DNA from: Hyphomicrobiaceae bacterium
GTDB lineage: Bacteria > Pseudomonadota > Alphaproteobacteria > Rhizobiales > Hyphomicrobiaceae
DNA length: 64,000 nt
Assembly (NCBI GenBank): GCA_965223355.1
Contig: CBDCWE010000003.1
Span: 4,833,804-4,897,803 of the forward strand
Reading direction: 5' to 3'
In this document: positions 18,731 through 28,040 of the stretch, piece by piece
How positions within the stretch are numbered: the first letter of the stretch is position 1
How the letters are laid out: each line of letters starts with the position of its first letter
Position numbers and translations under genes: made by a program
Notes under the pieces: model-generated
What the model was told of the DNA's origin: nothing
What the model saw: only the letters and a program-made list of their open reading frames with translations
Databases searched by the model: none

Positions 18731-20241
18731 TGCTTGAGGCCTCCCAGCAACTGCTCGGCGGCCTTGCCTGCGACGTCACCGGTCCAACTCGTTTCGAGAC
18801 CGAAGTAGATCGTCGCGCCGGCAAGGATCAGCGTCGGCACCAACATGCTGAGCGGCGGCTCTTCGGCATTGGCGCAGGCTTCGCTGACCGGGCGGAAATA
18901 CGCAACTTCGATCACGCGGCCGATGTAGATCACCGAGACCAATGAACTTGCCATCATTGCCAGCACCACCGGCCACCAGTTGTGCGCGATGGCGCCAACG
19001 CCGAGATACCATTTCGACACAAAGCCGACGGTGCCCGGCACGCCGATAATACTGAGCCCGCCGATCACGAACGCCGCCATCGTCAAAGGCATCTTCTGAC
19101 CAAGGCCACCGAGCTGGCTGAGCCGGCTCGTGCCAATGCGGTAGACGACGGCGCCAATGGCGGCAAACAAGGCTGCTTTCATCACGCCGTGGTTCAGAAT
19201 GTGGACGATGGAGCCGGTCAGCCCGGACTGGTTGGCGATGGCGACGCCGAGTGTGATGTAGCCGATCTGCGCCACGGACGAGTAGGCCAGCATGCGCTCG
19301 ATGCTGTCTTCATAGACGGCCAGAACCGAGGCGATAAACATGGCCGCAAGCGACAGGGCAAGCAAGACTTCCGTTACCGGCAGCTGTGTCAGCGTGATCG
19401 CTGCGCCGAACACCGAGAAGTACAAGCGCAGCAGGATATAGATTGCAACTTTGGTTGCCGTTGCCGCCAGAAAGATCGTCGCAAACGATGGCGCGAAGGC
19501 ATAGGCGTTCGGCAACCAGACATGCAGCGGGAAGAGTGCCAGCTTGAGGCTGATGCCGACCAGGATGAAGGCCAAGCCGGCCATAATCGGCCGCGCCTGA
19601 TCTTCGAAGGCGGGACCAATGCGGTCCGCGATGTCGACCAGATTGAGGGAGCCGGTGACGACGTAAAGCAGGCCGACACCCAACACGTAGAGGGTCGCAC
19701 CAATGGTGCCCATGATCAGATACTGATAGGCCGACAACAGCGCGCGCTTGGCGCGTCCCATGGCAATCAACACATAGGTCGCCAGCGAGGAGACCTCCAT
19801 AAACACGAAAATGTTGAAGGCATCGCCGGTCACCGCCATGCCAAGAAGGCCGCACAGGCACAGCAAGTAAATGCAATAGAACCAGGGCTGATTGTGGTCC
19901 TCGATCTCCTGTTCGACGGAGCGCAAGGCATAGGGCATAACCACCGCGCCGATGCCGGAGACCAGCAGCAGCACGAACGCATTGACGATGTCGACGCGGT
20001 ATTCGATGCCGTAGGGCGGCTGCCAGCCACCCAGCGCATAGGAGATCGTACCGCCGTCGACAACCTTGATCAGTAGCATCGCCGAGAATACCGGCAGGCT
20101 CCAGGCGACGATCAGCGAAAACGCCCAGGCTGCCCGGCTGTGGCGCAACAACGCGACGAGCGATGACGCAATCAACGGCGTGACGACGATCACGGCCGGC
20201 AAGTGCTCGGCGAGTACGAAGTGCCCCCCACTCGCGCTCAT
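18727..20241 (-). CDS. mnhD: Mrp/NuoLMN-type antiporter-like subunit (MnhD family), first copy
   Basis: 504-aa polytopic protein. It has a 4-nt overlap with mnhC. Confidence 0.8.
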   Translation of the reverse strand: MSASGGHFVLAEHLPAVIVVTPLIASSLVALLRHSRAAWAFSLIVAWSLPVFSAMLLIKVVDGGTISYALGGWQPPYGIEYRVDIVNAFVLLLVSGIGAVVMPYALRSVEQEIEDHNQPWFYCIYLLCLCGLLGMAVTGDAFNIFVFMEVSSLATYVLIAMGRAKRALLSAYQYLIMGTIGATLYVLGVGLLYVVTGSLNLVDIADRIGPAFEDQARPIMAGLAFILVGISLKLALFPLHVWLPNAYAFAPSFATIFLAATATKVAIYILLRLYFSVFGAAITLTQLPVTEVLLALSLAAMFIASVLAVYEDSIERMLAYSSVAQIGYITLGVAIANQSGLTGSIVHILNHGVMKAALFAAIGAVVYRIGTSRLSQLGGLGQKMPLTMAAFVIGGLSIIGVPGTVGFVSKWYLGVGAIAHNWWPVVLAMMASSLVSVIYIGRVIEVAYFRPVSEACANAEEPPLSMLVPTLILAGATIYFGLETSWTGDVAGKAAEQLLGGLKQ

Positions 20242-20603
20242 TGATCTTCGGTCCTTTCGAAGATCTCATCCTCTTCGATCGTGCCGTAGGCTTCGTAGAT
20301 GCGGGCAACGAGGGCGAGGCCGAGCGCCAGCGTAGCAACGCCAACGACAATCGCGGTCAGCATCAGGACGTGGGGCAGCGGGTTTGAGTAGACGGTGTAG
20401 CTGTCGTCGATGATCGGTGCAGTGCCGCCGACGATTTTGCCGGGCGAAATGTAGAGCAGATAGACCGACGTCTGGAACATCGACAGGCCAACCAGCTTTT
20501 TGACCATGTTGCCACGGGCAATGACGATGTAGAGGCCGGAGATCATCAGCAGGATGGTGACGGCATAGTTGTAGTGCGGTGCAATGGCATCGAGGATCTG
20601 CAT
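20238..20603 (-). CDS. mnhC: cation:proton antiporter subunit C (NuoK-like)
   Basis: Internal start MQILDAIAPHYNYAVTILLMISGLYIV within ORF 20238..21083. It is 121 aa with three TM segments. Confidence 0.8.
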   Translation of the reverse strand: MQILDAIAPHYNYAVTILLMISGLYIVIARGNMVKKLVGLSMFQTSVYLLYISPGKIVGGTAPIIDDSYTVYSNPLPHVLMLTAIVVGVATLALGLALVARIYEAYGTIEEDEIFERTEDQ

Positions 20604-21019
20604 TAGCGCTTCCTCTCGACGAACGCATAGAAGATGGCGGTCATGGTACTTGCTACCGTGATGATGACGCCGGCCTCGACCAGTAGAATTCCGAGATGGT
20701 GAGCGTGCTTGGGATCGTGCGCCAGGGCGGTATAGTCCATGTAGTTGAGGCCATAGATGAACGAGAACGCGCCGGTGCCCGAATAGATCAGGACGCCAAG
20801 CGGCACCAACAGCGCAACGAACCATTGCGGAACGACACGTTGGGCCGCCTGAACACCAAAGATGATGGCATAAAGGATCACCGCCCCGGCCGCGATGACA
20901 CCGGCCTGGAAGCCGCCGCCCGGACCATAGTCTCCGTGAAAGTGAACGTAGAGGGCGAAGATCAAAATGAACGGGATAATCATTTTGGTGACGACCCGGA
21001 ATATGACGTCCAGCCTCAC
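20603..21019 (-). CDS. mnhB: Na+/H+ antiporter subunit B (MnhB domain)
   Basis: HFHGDYGPGGGFQAGVI is the typical MnhB core. It is 138 aa. Confidence 0.8.
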   Translation of the reverse strand: MRLDVIFRVVTKMIIPFILIFALYVHFHGDYGPGGGFQAGVIAAGAVILYAIIFGVQAAQRVVPQWFVALLVPLGVLIYSGTGAFSFIYGLNYMDYTALAHDPKHAHHLGILLVEAGVIITVASTMTAIFYAFVERKR

Positions 21020-21573
21020 GACTTGCCTCCCGTGTCCCTGTCGGACGCCTTCCTGTTGCGTCGCAGCAGCAGCATGATGCCAATACCGGCGGTAAAAATC
21101 ACCGTCGTCTCGCCCAGCGTGTCAAAGCTTCGGAAGTTGGCCAACACCGTCGTCACAACATTCGGTACCCCCATCTTGGGCACGCTTTGCTCGAGATAGT
21201 AAGGGGCGACATGCACATGGATCGGCGCATCGGCAATGCCGAATGCCGGCAGACCATAGGTCCCCCAGACCAATATCGCACCGGTCGCCGCGGCGATCGC
21301 CAAGGGCAGCGAAGTCGGGCGGACCGGGCGCATTTCCATCGAGCCGGTGATGTGCAACGTGCCGATCAGGACGACGGTCGAGACGCCGGCACCGACGGCG
21401 GCCTCGGTCATGGCAACGTCGACGGCATCGAGTACGATCATGACGCTTGCCATCAGAAAGCTATAGATGCCGGCGAGGACGACGACGCCAAACAAACTGC
21501 GCTGGCGCACGATGGCGATCGTTACGATCACCAACAGCGTCAACAGCGCCATGTTGATGTAGGATTCCGTCAT
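21016..21573 (-). CDS. MrpA C-terminal-like subunit (DUF4040 / MbhD-MbhE-like)
   Basis: 185-aa membrane protein with DAVDVAMTEAAVGAGVS and NVVTTVLANFRSFDTLGE motifs. It occupies the slot of the MrpA C-terminal domain. Confidence 0.7.
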   Translation of the reverse strand: MTESYINMALLTLLVIVTIAIVRQRSLFGVVVLAGIYSFLMASVMIVLDAVDVAMTEAAVGAGVSTVVLIGTLHITGSMEMRPVRPTSLPLAIAAATGAILVWGTYGLPAFGIADAPIHVHVAPYYLEQSVPKMGVPNVVTTVLANFRSFDTLGETTVIFTAGIGIMLLLRRNRKASDRDTGGKS

Positions 21574-21956
21574 GCCTCCTCATCACCCGTTGATTCTGCA
21601 GATCGGGCAGCAGCGGCCGGTTGCTCGCGCCGGTCTTCGGCGAGTTCCGGCTCGATGCCGTAGGTCAGAGCGGCCTGGGCGAGGGCGTGCGTCGCAACAG
21701 GTGCGGTCAGAAAGAAGATGGCGAGCACGAACAACAGCTTCAGCGTCAGCAGGCTGAAGCCGGCCTGAAGCATCAAGCCGACCAGCAATAGCCCGGCGCC
21801 CGCGGTTTCGGTGACACTGGTCGCGTGCATCCGCGTGAAAACGTCCGGCATTCTGACCAGACCAATGGCGCCGACCAGCACGAAAAACGCACCGGAGACG
21901 ATCAGCACGCCGCTGACGATGTGAATAATCTGGTCGACTAAAGACTGTTCCATCAT
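21570..21956 (-). CDS. mnhG: monovalent cation/H+ antiporter subunit G
   Basis: GAIGLVRMPDVFTRMHATS is the MnhG signature. Confidence 0.8.
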   Translation of the reverse strand: MMEQSLVDQIIHIVSGVLIVSGAFFVLVGAIGLVRMPDVFTRMHATSVTETAGAGLLLVGLMLQAGFSLLTLKLLFVLAIFFLTAPVATHALAQAALTYGIEPELAEDRREQPAAAARSAESTGDEEA

Positions 21957-22234
21957 TGCGGGCCGTCCTCATCCGGATCGTAAGCCAGATCACCGTGCCG
22001 GAAGTACTTGAGGATGGCGAGCGTGGCAATCAGATTGAGCAACGCATAGGTGAGCCCGATGTCGATCCATTCGGGTCGACCGTTCAAGAAGCCAACGACA
22101 ATCAACAGCAGAATGGCCAAGCTGCCAACCGCATTGCCAGCCAGGACGCGGTCGAAAATCGTCGGTCCCCGGACGGCGCGGATGACGGCGAGGATCAGCG
22201 CCACAATGACTGCGATGGTAGCCGTGGTGAACAT
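21953..22234 (-). CDS. mnhF: monovalent cation/H+ antiporter subunit F
   Basis: 93 aa with three TM segments. AVIRAVRGPTIFDRVLA is the typical MrpF N-terminus. Confidence 0.8.
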   Translation of the reverse strand: MFTTATIAVIVALILAVIRAVRGPTIFDRVLAGNAVGSLAILLLIVVGFLNGRPEWIDIGLTYALLNLIATLAILKYFRHGDLAYDPDEDGPQ

Positions 22235-22710
22235 CAGTCATGTCCCTCGAATGCGGTCACCTTGCGGTCCATACCGCCGGCTTCCAGGTCATCGGCACCG
22301 TCCTTGACAATGGCATGGACGGTCAGGTTGTGGCCGGAGACCTCGGTTGTGATGGTGCCGGGCGTCAGGGTGATGGAGTTGGCATAGGTGACGATGCCGA
22401 CCGGTGTTTTCTGGGTCGAACGAACGCGCGTCATGGTCGGGCTGATGGGGAGGCGCGGATCAATAATGATGCGCGTGACATTCCAGGCCGACTTCAGGAT
22501 TTCGACAATGAGCCACGGGAAATACGCCAGGGCGCCGAGCACCAGATGAATCGGGTGGCCTTCGCCGTCATCGGAGCCCGTTCGGCGCGCAAACACAACA
22601 ATCAAAACGGTTGAGATGACACCGACGGTTACCAGAAAAGAATTGTAATGGCCTGACAATGCCAGCCAGAACAAAAGCAGTATTATTGCGAGGGAGAGGC
22701 TACGGAGCAT
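22234..22710 (-). CDS. mnhE: Na+/H+ antiporter subunit E
   Basis: LFWLALSG at the N-terminus and ANSITLTPGTI are MnhE signatures. First gene of the cluster. Confidence 0.8.
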   Translation of the reverse strand: MLRSLSLAIILLLFWLALSGHYNSFLVTVGVISTVLIVVFARRTGSDDGEGHPIHLVLGALAYFPWLIVEILKSAWNVTRIIIDPRLPISPTMTRVRSTQKTPVGIVTYANSITLTPGTITTEVSGHNLTVHAIVKDGADDLEAGGMDRKVTAFEGHD

Positions 22711-23293
22711 TGTTGGCGCGCGTGGTGCGGGTCCTGTTCAGTTCGGAAGACGCTCTGATCGGCGAGGTTCGCAATCAAGGCCGACCAGCGTGCGCCCTGC
22801 GTTCGAGAACCGCTCGTCCAGCCAGGACGCTTGCTCGCCCGGGAGGAACGCAAACCTACGCGCACTTGGGGTACGTCTGTCAAGATTGATCGGCACTATT
22901 CGCACTTTCTTCAGAATGAATTTGAAGGGAGATGCCCGCAACACCCGCAGCAGCTGCCGGCAATGCAATTCTCAACTTGAGTCTCAACGCGATGTTTTTC
23001 GCCCGCCCGCACGTGAACTGCCGGTGTCGGCAAAGTCGACCGCGCACCGCTTCGATTTGTTGGTAGTCAAACAACCGAATGGTGTTGAACCTATCAAGTA
23101 TTGATAGCTGATCGACATTGACGTCGTTGGCCTTGGACTTGTAAGAATTTGTTTTACCAAGTCTTCATGATCTGAGCCTGGATAAGTCCATCAATCCAGG
23201 CAGCACGGGGCAGCCACAACAACAGGCGTAGGTTCGCTGAGATGTTGCCGAGCAATTGCGGCGACGTCCTCGGCGGCCAAGGAGGTGTTTAAG

Positions 23294-23704
23294 ATGTCAG
23301 ATGAAACGTCCAAAGCGGCTCTGATCGAACAAACGACACGGATCGTTGCTGCCTACGTCTCCAAGAACGCGGTTGATGCCAAAGATCTTGCGAACCTGAT
23401 CACGGACGTTCATCGCGCCTTGGTCAAGACCTCAGGCGATCAACCGCCATCCGAGGCCGAGGAATTGCGACCGGCCGTCAACAAAAATAAATCGGTATTT
23501 CCGGACTATATCATCTGCCTCGAAGATGGCGAAAAGTTCAAATCGCTCAAGCGCCACCTGCGCACCAAGTACAATCTGACGCCCGAAGAGTACCGCAAGA
23601 AGTGGCAGCTTGCGCAGGACTACCCGATGGTGGCGCCCAACTATGCGCGTGAACGTTCGGAGCTTGCCAAGAAAATGGGGCTCGGGACGCGCCGCAACCG
23701 TTAA
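23294..23704 (+). CDS. mucR: MucR/Ros-family zinc-finger transcriptional regulator
   Basis: [33 protein letters not shown] matches the Ros/MucR DNA-binding core. AAGGAGG lies 8 nt upstream of the ATG at 23294. Confidence 0.9.
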   Translation: MSDETSKAALIEQTTRIVAAYVSKNAVDAKDLANLITDVHRALVKTSGDQPPSEAEELRPAVNKNKSVFPDYIICLEDGEKFKSLKRHLRTKYNLTPEEYRKKWQLAQDYPMVAPNYARERSELAKKMGLGTRRNR

Positions 23705-24162
23705 CCGCGACGATCAGCACGGCGACGTGGCCGGGCGTGCCGGTTGCATCGATATCGCTGCATCCGCGAACCGCGTGCGGATCTTGACCGTACGAGTTTG
23801 GGGCGGCGCGGGGATAAGTCCCGCTCGTTGACCACATTGGCACGGTTCTGGTCGCCTGTGCGCCGTGCCGAGCCCGCCATCATGCCGAAACCGGATAGTG
23901 TGCACACGCCCCGTCGATCGCGCGTCGGCACTTTTGCTTGACAGCCCAGTTTATCCCCGCCGTTCACCTTGCATGTAGCCTTTGGCACCAGTTGCGGTAG
24001 CTACTGAATAATCTTTGTATCGACCAGTACGCGCATTCTCGCCTGGTGAGATCGCTGAGATGCCCGTTCCAATCGGCACCTTGGTCCGCAATGCAAATTG
24101 GTTCTCAACACGAGGATTCCACGCATCTGGTCTGTTGATCGGGCAAAGCAAGGAATGACCAA

Positions 24163-24594
24163 ATGAAGACAAGTGTTGAACAAGCGGCAGCAGGTCGATC
24201 ACGGCGCCGGATCAGTCGACCTGAGTTCGAGAGCATCGGCTGCACCATGCCGGGTTCTGGTTGCATCGACACGCGTGAGGATATGAAGCAATTCCTGTTG
24301 CAGGCGGTGGCGTGTGCATTTGAGGTCGATGAATCCCACTTGCTTACCCCGACCCGGGGATTTGCGCCAATCGCGCGCGCGCGTCAGGTTCTGATGTATC
24401 TCGCCCATGTCGCGTGCGGTTTGACCATGACCGATGTCGGGCGCTTGTTTCGGCGCGACCGTACGACCGTGGCTCACGCCTGCAACGTTGTCGAAGAATG
24501 CCGCGAAGATATTGCCTTCGATCGGGCACTGGAATTGCTCGAATGCTCGGTGGTTCTCGTGCAGGGTGCGCCGCGCAACGGAAGGTCGGCATGA
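24163..24594 (+). CDS. DnaA-domain-IV-only helix-turn-helix protein (Bac_DnaA_C-like)
   Basis: LLTPTRGFAPIARARQVLMYLAHVACGLTMTDVGRLFRRDRTTVAHAC resembles the DnaA C-terminal DNA-binding domain. No AAA+ module is present. The start is uncertain (later candidates are MPGSG and MKQFLL). Confidence 0.65.
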   Translation: MKTSVEQAAAGRSRRRISRPEFESIGCTMPGSGCIDTREDMKQFLLQAVACAFEVDESHLLTPTRGFAPIARARQVLMYLAHVACGLTMTDVGRLFRRDRTTVAHACNVVEECREDIAFDRALELLECSVVLVQGAPRNGRSA

Positions 24595-25127
24595 GCCGGC
24601 CCAGGACGGGAGCGCTCGACTGGCTGCGTGAACGCCGGGATAAGGCGGGGCGAGCACTTTTGTCAGATGACGAGTTTGCGGCCGGCGATCGCCTGCGCCG
24701 CGATTTTGTACGCGCCGGATTGATGCCGCGGGTGACGATGTCGTGGTCAAGTGCCGGCGGGCAACTTGGCCGGCGGCGCCTGCCACCCGATCACGAGGCG
24801 ACGTTTGGGCAGCACACGTTGGCTGCGCAAGAGCGGGTTCGCAAAGCGATCGCCGCCGTCCAGCCTGAGTATGCCAACCTGCTGATCGATGTGTGCTGTC
24901 TCGAGCACAAACTATCCGATGTCGAACGGCGGTCTGGGTGGCCCCAGAGAGCCGGCAAAGTGGTGTTGCAAATGGCGTTGCGGCAACTGGCACGCCACTA
25001 CGGTATGGTCGTTGACAAACCGACCGCGGGCGATGGCGCGCACGCTATACGCCACTGGGCCAGTGACGGTTACCGACCGCCGCTGGAGCGACCCGCTGGT
25101 GATTGCAAAGCGACTGCTTCCGACTAA
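24591..25127 (+). CDS. conserved alphaproteobacterial protein (DUF6456-like)
   Basis: The ATG at 24591 overlaps the upstream stop (ATGA). The family was recognised from memory by the WPQRAGKVVLQMALRQLARHYG region and needs an HMM check. Confidence 0.55.
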   Translation: MSRPRTGALDWLRERRDKAGRALLSDDEFAAGDRLRRDFVRAGLMPRVTMSWSSAGGQLGRRRLPPDHEATFGQHTLAAQERVRKAIAAVQPEYANLLIDVCCLEHKLSDVERRSGWPQRAGKVVLQMALRQLARHYGMVVDKPTAGDGAHAIRHWASDGYRPPLERPAGDCKATASD

Positions 25128-25284
25128 TTCCAGCGCGCATAAATATCGAGCCGCTGCCCCGCCCGCCCGCTCGACAGTCGGGTGTTGCGAGCGGCCGGGC
25201 GTTGTTGGTGAACGATTGCTGTGCGATGCGCGGACCGCTCCAACCGCAATCTCCGATCATCACCGCGGTGTTGCAGCGCGTCAG

Positions 25285-25737
25285 TCAGACTGACGGTTCG
25301 CGCGATGCCCGGTGTGCGGATACCGCCGCCCGCGCCTCGGCCTGGATGCGCTGGATCATCGATTTTAGACCGTTTGAGCGCTGCGGTGTGAGGTGTTCGA
25401 TCAGGCCCAGTTCGCCGAACACCGACTGTGCGTCGGTTGCTTGGATGTCGGCGGCGGTTCGCCCGCTGTAGACCGCGAGAAGGATCGCAATCAAGCCCTG
25501 CACGATCATCGCATCGCTTTCGCCGCGAAAGCTGAGAATGGGCTCCGGCGCGCAGCCGGAAGCCTCGTGCTCGGTGACCAACCAGACCTGACTGGCGCAG
25601 CCGCGGACCTTGTTCGCTGCAGTTTTTTCGCTCGCATCGAGCGGCGCAAGCTGGCGCCCGAGTTCGATGACGTAACGGTAACGGTCCTCCCACTCATCCA
25701 GAAACTCGAAGTCGGCTTTGATGCTGTCGATCGACAT
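25285..25737 (-). CDS. sufE: cysteine desulfuration protein SufE
   Basis: FEFLDEWEDRYRYVIELG and the active-site context KVRGCASQVWL. Confidence 0.9.
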   Translation of the reverse strand: MSIDSIKADFEFLDEWEDRYRYVIELGRQLAPLDASEKTAANKVRGCASQVWLVTEHEASGCAPEPILSFRGESDAMIVQGLIAILLAVYSGRTAADIQATDAQSVFGELGLIEHLTPQRSNGLKSMIQRIQAEARAAVSAHRASREPSV

Positions 25738-25765
25738 GTGCGGCTCGCGTCAAACAGTTGCGGTG

Positions 25766-25806
25766 CGATCTATTATAGCGTTTCAGAGCTAGCCCGCACC
25801 ATCCCG
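25766..25806 (-). repeat. C-type repeat (GGGATGGT..GC..CTCTGAAACG + one 16-mer-like unit)
   Basis: The reverse complement GGGATGGTGCGGGCTAGCTCTGAAACGCTATAATAGATC matches 36018-36054 and 54624-54706. Confidence 0.55.
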
Positions 25807-25957
25807 GCTGGCCGTCCAAAACCCGTGATCGCATCGGTTTTCGCGGCGTGAAGGCCGTGCTGTGCGGCGCTCATCGTTTGACACCGCCAGTCCCGGTTAA
25901 CAGAGCGTTAACGCATCCAAGCCATCATCATCATGGATATCTACGGGGGAACGTTGA

Positions 25958-26590
25958 ATGCGAGCAACTGGTTTGCGCCTATTCACGGGCCTGTGTCTCA
26001 GTCTTACGGCCGGTGTTTTTGTCAATGTCCTGGTGCTGCAGGACACCGGGCACCGCGCGGCTCGGTCGGCTGACCAGACGACCGCCGACGTCATGTGGCC
26101 GGCACACTTTCCAAGCCTTGATCAACCGCGCAGCGCTGCGTCGGCACAGCCGCAGCTGAACCCGCAGGCGCCGCGTCAGCTGGTCAAGGCCGTTCAGCGC
26201 GAGCTCGCCATGCGCGACTATTATCATGGCCACAGCGATGGCCGACTGACGCTGCTGACGCGGGCCGCGATCATGGCCTACGAGGCCGACAACGGTCTGG
26301 CGTTGACCGGCGAGGCGAGCGAAACGGTGTTGCACGCGATTTTACTTGGAGCCGCCTATCAGAAACCGAAAACGGCTCGCCCGATCGGGCCGGAAGCCAA
26401 GGCCATAATCGTGCAGGTGCAATCGCTGCTGATTTTGGCTGGTCACACTGACGTTGACAGAAGCGGTAGGCTGGATGGGGCCACGCAACGTGCGATCATG
26501 GCCTTTGAACGCGCCAACCGGATGCCGCCGAAAGGACGCATATCGGCGCGATTGCTGCAACGGTTGAAGGCCAAGATCAAGCGCGGCTGA
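25958..26590 (+). CDS. peptidoglycan-binding-domain protein with N-terminal membrane anchor
   Basis: Two PG_binding_1-like repeats (TRAAIMAYEADNGLALTG and TQRAIMAFERANRMPPKG) follow a hydrophobic N-terminus. Confidence 0.7.
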   Translation: MRATGLRLFTGLCLSLTAGVFVNVLVLQDTGHRAARSADQTTADVMWPAHFPSLDQPRSAASAQPQLNPQAPRQLVKAVQRELAMRDYYHGHSDGRLTLLTRAAIMAYEADNGLALTGEASETVLHAILLGAAYQKPKTARPIGPEAKAIIVQVQSLLILAGHTDVDRSGRLDGATQRAIMAFERANRMPPKGRISARLLQRLKAKIKRG

Positions 26591-26686
26591 TGGCGGGCGG
26601 TTTGCCGCCTCGCCGTGTCGAATGTTTCGGCAGCAGGCGCACGCGCGATGTCATCGGCAGGCGGATGGTCAAGGCGGGGATCACGG

Positions 26687-27055
26687 ATGCGTCTTCGGGC
26701 TGAGATATGGGTTAAAGCCTACGTGAGAACGTGTTCGGTGGCAGCCGTTCCGGCGGTCGTCGTCAAGCACGGGGATGACGATGCCGGCGCCGTTTACATC
26801 AAGGTGACCAGGCGCGATGGCACGGCACGATTGTTCGGCCCCGCACCCGTCGGCTTAGACGGCCCGGTCGATGGTCAAAGATGGGTGGCACATCTCGACG
26901 GGCCTGACGTCACCGAACACAAGGTTGATCAGTTTCTGCGCGAACAGACACGGTTCGATCCCGACCTCTGGGTCGTTGAGATTGAGGACCCGAAAGGGCG
27001 TCACTTTCTCGGCGACTGGTTGCTGCGCAGCGGCCCGATCGGTGGGGATGACTGA
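26687..27055 (+). CDS. DUF1491-family protein
   Basis: Start trimmed to MRLRAEIWVKAYVR. The family was recognised from memory and needs an HMM check. Confidence 0.6.
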   Translation: MRLRAEIWVKAYVRTCSVAAVPAVVVKHGDDDAGAVYIKVTRRDGTARLFGPAPVGLDGPVDGQRWVAHLDGPDVTEHKVDQFLREQTRFDPDLWVVEIEDPKGRHFLGDWLLRSGPIGGDD

Positions 27056-27205
27056 GGCAGTAGGGGCACACAATCTGTTGTTTTTGTACGAATTTGGAAT
27101 TTATTGACCCAAATCAGCCCCAATTGCTTTAGTGTTTTGTCAGCACGATTTGGTCTTGCGGACGTGCGCAAGCGGCCCATCAGCGCATATTAACGGGACC
27201 AGATA

Positions 27206-27394
27206 ATGTGCACGATTCTCAAATTCGATCCACAACCGCACGCAAACCCGTCGCAACAAGGTTGTGGAGAAAGTCGATCACAAGCCGAGATCGTCATTTT
27301 TCCAGGCGTGCGCTATCTGCGTAGCAACGCGAATGCGCCGACCGCACCGGAGTGTCCTGCTGGCCGGACAACGCGAGATTTTTTGATTCTTTGA
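27206..27394 (+). CDS. possible small protein (62 aa)
   Basis: ORF-track entry. The segment EIVIFPGVRY resembles a motif I recall from small conserved rhizobial proteins. The RBS is weak. Confidence 0.3.
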   Translation: MCTILKFDPQPHANPSQQGCGESRSQAEIVIFPGVRYLRSNANAPTAPECPAGRTTRDFLIL

Positions 27395-27476
27395 TTTGGT
27401 CTGTGCACCTTCTTCTCCGGCAAAGGGCAAATTGACGACTAGTCGTCTCAATCACCTGAAAACTGACAGACCGCAT
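27393..27476. repeat. D-type short repeat, copy 3 (GATTTGGTCTGTGC ... CTAGTCGTCTCAATCACC ... ACAGACC)
   Basis: Shares GATTTGGTCTGTGC and the TCTCAATCACCT core with 30576-30631. GGTCTGT and ACAGACC form an enclosing inverted repeat. Confidence 0.5.
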
Positions 27477-27611
27477 GATCCACAGGGTTGGCGAGGCGGG
27501 GCGACCGGGGCGGCCAGACCATCGCGGCTTTGGAGCCGAGCAATTCGCGGCCGGTCTTCGGGTTCGTTCCGATGCGGTATCAAAGACCGGTTGCGCTAAA
27601 TCATGTCGGCC

Positions 27612-28040
27612 TCAGGCGGACATGATCTCATCGTTGGCTTGGTGCACTTCGATGATGTTGCCGACGGGATCGTAGAAAAAGATCTGCTGCCAAGACGCCA
27701 TGAACGAATTGCCGAAGTCGGCATAGGGCACGCCCTTCTCATCGAGGCGTTTCTTGAAGGCTTCGATATCGTCGGTGCGGAATGCAAGATGTCCGCGCTC
27801 CAGTGGATTGATCGCCTTGCCGGTACGAAAGGCAACGCTTCGGTCGGCCTGAGAATGGTGGAACTGGATGTTGCCGTCGGTCTGAAATGCAACGCCGCCA
27901 TCATAGCCCCGATCACTATTGCGAACTCTGAGCGCCGCCATTGTCGGTGCGGGTTTCAGGTCGAGCACGTCGGCGTAGAACTCAGCGAGTTCAGGCACGT
28001 CGTGGGTGCAAATGTTGATATGGTGAAACGCGAGCTTCAT
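27612..28040 (-). CDS. VOC-family (glyoxalase/bleomycin-resistance/dioxygenase) protein
   Basis: FHHINICTHDVPELAEFY at the N-terminus and HLAFRTDD are typical VOC metal-ligand contexts. Confidence 0.75.
   Translation of the reverse strand: MKLAFHHINICTHDVPELAEFYADVLDLKPAPTMAALRVRNSDRGYDGGVAFQTDGNIQFHHSQADRSVAFRTGKAINPLERGHLAFRTDDIEAFKKRLDEKGVPYADFGNSFMASWQQIFFYDPVGNIIEVHQANDEIMSA

Noticed and set aside
15048-20076. Long plus-strand ORFs (15048..16088, 17642..18808, 18982..20076) opposite the mrp-like genes
   Set aside because: They are highly charged, Arg/Asp/His/Gly-rich products lying antisense to clearly membrane-protein-coding frames that form a tight overlapping operon.
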